From assembly GCA_963555755.3 (NCBI GenBank), contig OY820905.2:3712001-3776000 (forward strand): a stretch of DNA of 64,000 nt. The letters run 5' to 3'. Within the stretch, counting starts at the first letter, position 1, and each line of letters opens with the position of its first letter. The position numbers and the translations under genes were made by a program. This document shows positions 62,801-64,000 of the stretch, piece by piece. This DNA is from Nitrospirales bacterium. Its GTDB lineage: Bacteria > Nitrospirota > Nitrospiria > Nitrospirales > UBA8639. Under the pieces are notes generated by a model, which was not told the origin of the DNA, made no database searches, and saw only the letters and a list, made by a program, of their open reading frames with translations.

Positions 62801-64000
62801 GGCTGGTTTATCGGCAACAGGGGGATTACGTGACGTCACTGGAATACTTTGAACAAGCCAAAGCCATCGATGAAAGCCTGAACAGCCGCTGGGGGCTTGG
62901 CTACGATTATCGCAACATTGGCATGGCGTTGCTGAAGCTCGACCGATTGCAAGAGGCGTTGACACACTTTGTCCAAGCGGCTCAAACCAGTGCCGAAATC
63001 AAAAATGCCATCAATTGGGTTAAGGCGTTGCTGGAGCTGGGGAACGTGCACCGGAAGCTACAACATCCGGACCAGGCCGTGGAGTACTATGAACAGGCCT
63101 ATGATCTCTCCCAAAAATACGGCCTCAAAGAAGTGCTCTGGCGGGCGGCTGCAGGACAAGCCGGTGTTCTACAAGAACGTGGCCAAGCCGAAGATGCTTT
63201 TGGCTGGTACGCTACTGCCATTGATGTGGTGGAAGGCATGCGTGCCGCGCTGAAGATCGATGAGCTTCGCAATAGTTTTCAAGCCAATAAACAGGATCTC
63301 TATCGGGACACGATCACCTTGTTAGTAGAGATGGGTCGAACGGATGAAGCCTTTAATTATCTGGAACGGTCGCGTTCGAGAAGTTTTATTGACCTCCTGG
63401 GCAATCAGAAACTGACATTAAAAAACGAGGCTGATCAGGAAGCGCTTGAGCATATTGGCCAACTGGCTTTGCGAGTTGACGCCCTGACTCAAGAGCTTGG
63501 GAGCTATGACGAAGCGCCTCTTGAGTTTCAAGATACACTCAGGGATGCCAAAGTCGCGCATGAGGAAGCGCTTCTCGAACTCAAGCAGGACAATCCGGGC
63601 CTGAGCAGTTTCGTGTCCGTTGATCCCCTCAATCTCCCTCAGGTTCAAGAGATGCTGGATTCAGGCATTGCGCTGGTGTCTTACCTGATGGGGAAAGACA
63701 CCACCTATGTGTGGTTGATCCAAAAGAAAGAAACCAAATTTTTTCAGACGGCCGGGGGGGAAGCCGCGATTCTTCCACTGGTGAAACAGTATCGTGGCTT
63801 GGTTCAGAATACCGAACCTGTTGATAAAGAGCTGCGGGAGCTGTATGCACGCCTCATCAAGCCCTTTGAGCAAAACCTGAAGGGTGTTGAATATCTCGGA
63901 ATAATCCCCGATGGGGCGCTCCACTTTCTGTCATTTTCAGCGTTGAAGAATGATCAGGGATATCTCATTGATCGGTATCCGCTCTTTTATGCTCCGTCTG
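56815..64000 (+). CDS. Giant exported protein: TolB/PD40-like repeats + TPR arrays + CHAT domain (partial, >2390 codons)
   Basis: ATGA overlap with the upstream stop; signal-like N-terminus; PAPSQDGRFLAFVSERSGNADIW; many TPRs (SLNNLGLVYRQQGDY); ends with FNYLERSRSRSF...LGIIPDGALHFLSFSAL...YLIDRYPLFYAPS (CHAT start). All segments I translated were in one frame. Confidence 0.9.
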   Translation, partial: MTIICSSRITRFPKSLKKLMWSLLFLVMSVFSSPWLGQAADVHQVTTHPALEYFPAPSQDGRFLAFVSERSGNADIWLKSLSLGVVSLPRQLTTHPAVDRDPSLNAEGSQLLYVSHKSDPRGDVYLMNLTTGEEERLTGLGTADSLPQWGEDGNSILYLSQDVVSGVQTLKRRAVASHQSTTLLSNVSAYTIGPDGWIVVSQNGTLFLFNEQTPDHVKSLDVSSGLNMWSAISGDHSVAWTHYAQDSNKDGVLDANDESSIWFGQWDFQGGTQLSQYHMTSLGQFHLYPAAAQGFVYFTDLEKGDIFRIRIQEFLDDYSSFDQAKTLADRLLDRGEINKGLVVLANISRNLTQSLDEETRAEFDFAYAEQLIEAGEFVRAQHVIEPYAESSGGIGALANIHKVVLPLYQQAPSMSEDELKREVKAGADEVMEIGEVYGENEIVYGQALIEAGRLYMLIEDSLSALEYLVRVDELANKEIRAKALFIRGTVYRGLGDQTSVLTVFIDVITMFGEDSSWGKRAIAQAIAVSEQGQDVHEHVASLRELIAQQDTLKLLVGATRLRIADLLDEAGEQIKAVQALDRLLGEPPPDVLASDALVTQAYRRKAEILAAAERYEEAADIYGILVERTGEDPTMLEQAKELLVLQLVREARKDRTIGEVRIAAKAFRNITEDYPDSVEAHRGYINTKVMLEELPEVQARYQNLVAQKPDSSVYQYSQALALSYAQPLDVPKVVEMLEAAIRVDPGVSYYHQTLGWGYEQEEQIGGKQGFLEKAEHEYRIALELNDEFRFPDVESNLLLNLGNTYRTLGNFHEAYRAYQQRESGYTPAGDSVTELLYRKNYGEACFKSGRTDEALVQYQLAFHRVPEDQKTLKAELLERIALSYQDLGDHAKAVDAFSQALEINLELGNTKNLALLQRNIGVSLYNLSVSSSGGRREALKRALKNYFTSLDTLKQFGGKQQKESAGLFNVDVALDEGGSQAATGFDQKGEQKLMFSYIAGTYERLAEPGPARDYYLKKLELISETGLTAGNVGLLTEKAVVLNRVGLLSHQLGEDAQALDYIRQSLGYTKTLRLPFGTGVNLYNLSRLAAEGVLGGQPVDWTIMTTLVDGLDQHLAEDHDDAATFYALTNTAFLLYHLTEPPLLVSQDSEGTIQAMHAFYDMKSKVWSYYTKAEELLVQGSVLPEGQVLPTQVILKLNRMELAQEAGEQESYLKIQDELLALVEHQNISNGWLGYVAQAEQATDQAERQALLAQAFDAVMALPSQVSNPQQGTTAVLAGLQTLSRMYVDQLVEAESYAQAFEVAERLDMRAMVIQLQASLGEEFFFKGVGEYESDLRGLLAEIRNSLATARTEESEALLMELEELLFGLYEEYPAATSYFWQYPPPEETMSLVLNPDRVYLKVVEGMNQFHGFIHDGAAVHYVPLEMSEGRVSVKEVLGDWLSGESPMYLSVPDNHRRMVTLALAPTKPVTRVFGFYDFVSGYHQRSVFYSNVGIIGELALDPGLTAGDVPLLSQPLTGVPKHDHPIVDQLDVLIATQPPQAFNFVLAEELKVRELLPVARLAGRPHHTAVLFHSQSSRASSNPVLISALLRAGFPHVVVVRGNDNEKAASQFASLYLAYLNDVPPDEAVFMARSDVWGAQVGSAHVELFGYAGMNEEERAEFAASIYDEELAAAVSLFQEDQFEPALQKMEHALSVIHYADKSSDFADLTKLAVDASFKIGNYHNAVFHQKRLLESLDESTQPEERSEALYRLGILYSRSEQFDESIRYLDEAIQWWTKAEELDRLAEGIAQLGVVRENMGAYSDALTEFGRSFELYEEIGEIGDVATQHRRIGRIYYLRLGRYEKAREQFHAALDLYRELEDSNGEAETLFEIGLTYEKMGLFDEADEQYQAGNHIGQAIESPYLLATGNLYLANTAWFRGDYQEAFQNLTQAGKQADAAQDAQLTIMVKNTRGLMYWTLNDLDKGLTHLKQAVVLAEKTDIKTELASSLNNLGLVYRQQGDYVTSLEYFEQAKAIDESLNSRWGLGYDYRNIGMALLKLDRLQEALTHFVQAAQTSAEIKNAINWVKALLELGNVHRKLQHPDQAVEYYEQAYDLSQKYGLKEVLWRAAAGQAGVLQERGQAEDAFGWYATAIDVVEGMRAALKIDELRNSFQANKQDLYRDTITLLVEMGRTDEAFNYLERSRSRSFIDLLGNQKLTLKNEADQEALEHIGQLALRVDALTQELGSYDEAPLEFQDTLRDAKVAHEEALLELKQDNPGLSSFVSVDPLNLPQVQEMLDSGIALVSYLMGKDTTYVWLIQKKETKFFQTAGGEAAILPLVKQYRGLVQNTEPVDKELRELYARLIKPFEQNLKGVEYLGIIPDGALHFLSFSALKNDQGYLIDRYPLFYAPS

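Noticed and set aside
56860..63924. Many short ORFs on both strands
   Set aside because: They are shadows of the single giant + strand ORF starting at 56815.

Overview
Chromosomal window from a bacterium whose gene order and repeats resemble Nitrospirales (inference). The housekeeping backbone comprises rimP-nusA-infB-ylxP-rbfA-truB-rpsO-pnp-M16 peptidase, mutS, tsaE, nnr, pdxJ, aminotransferase-hom-thrC-apgM-like-lysC-cimA, and ihfA-merR-tRNA-Pro. Accessory blocks are a GT4/GH130 sugar cluster, a decayed FlhG/MinD pseudogene, two toxin-antitoxin-type pairs, and an envelope operon (AsmA/YdbH-like protein, YdbL-like lipoprotein, and a >2390-codon exported TolB-like/TPR/CHAT protein that the ORF track misses). 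Mobile DNA is dense. There are two ISAs1 elements with a DUF4338-like N-terminal fusion and a -1 frameshift, an IS1595 nested in the inverted repeat of one of them, and an IS110 whose bridge-RNA guides can be read directly against its donor and target. About 30 small MITE-like elements from at least 8 families also occur, often nested up to three deep; most families share one covarying internal hairpin. All assignments come from reading the sequence by eye and recalling family motifs; no searches were run.
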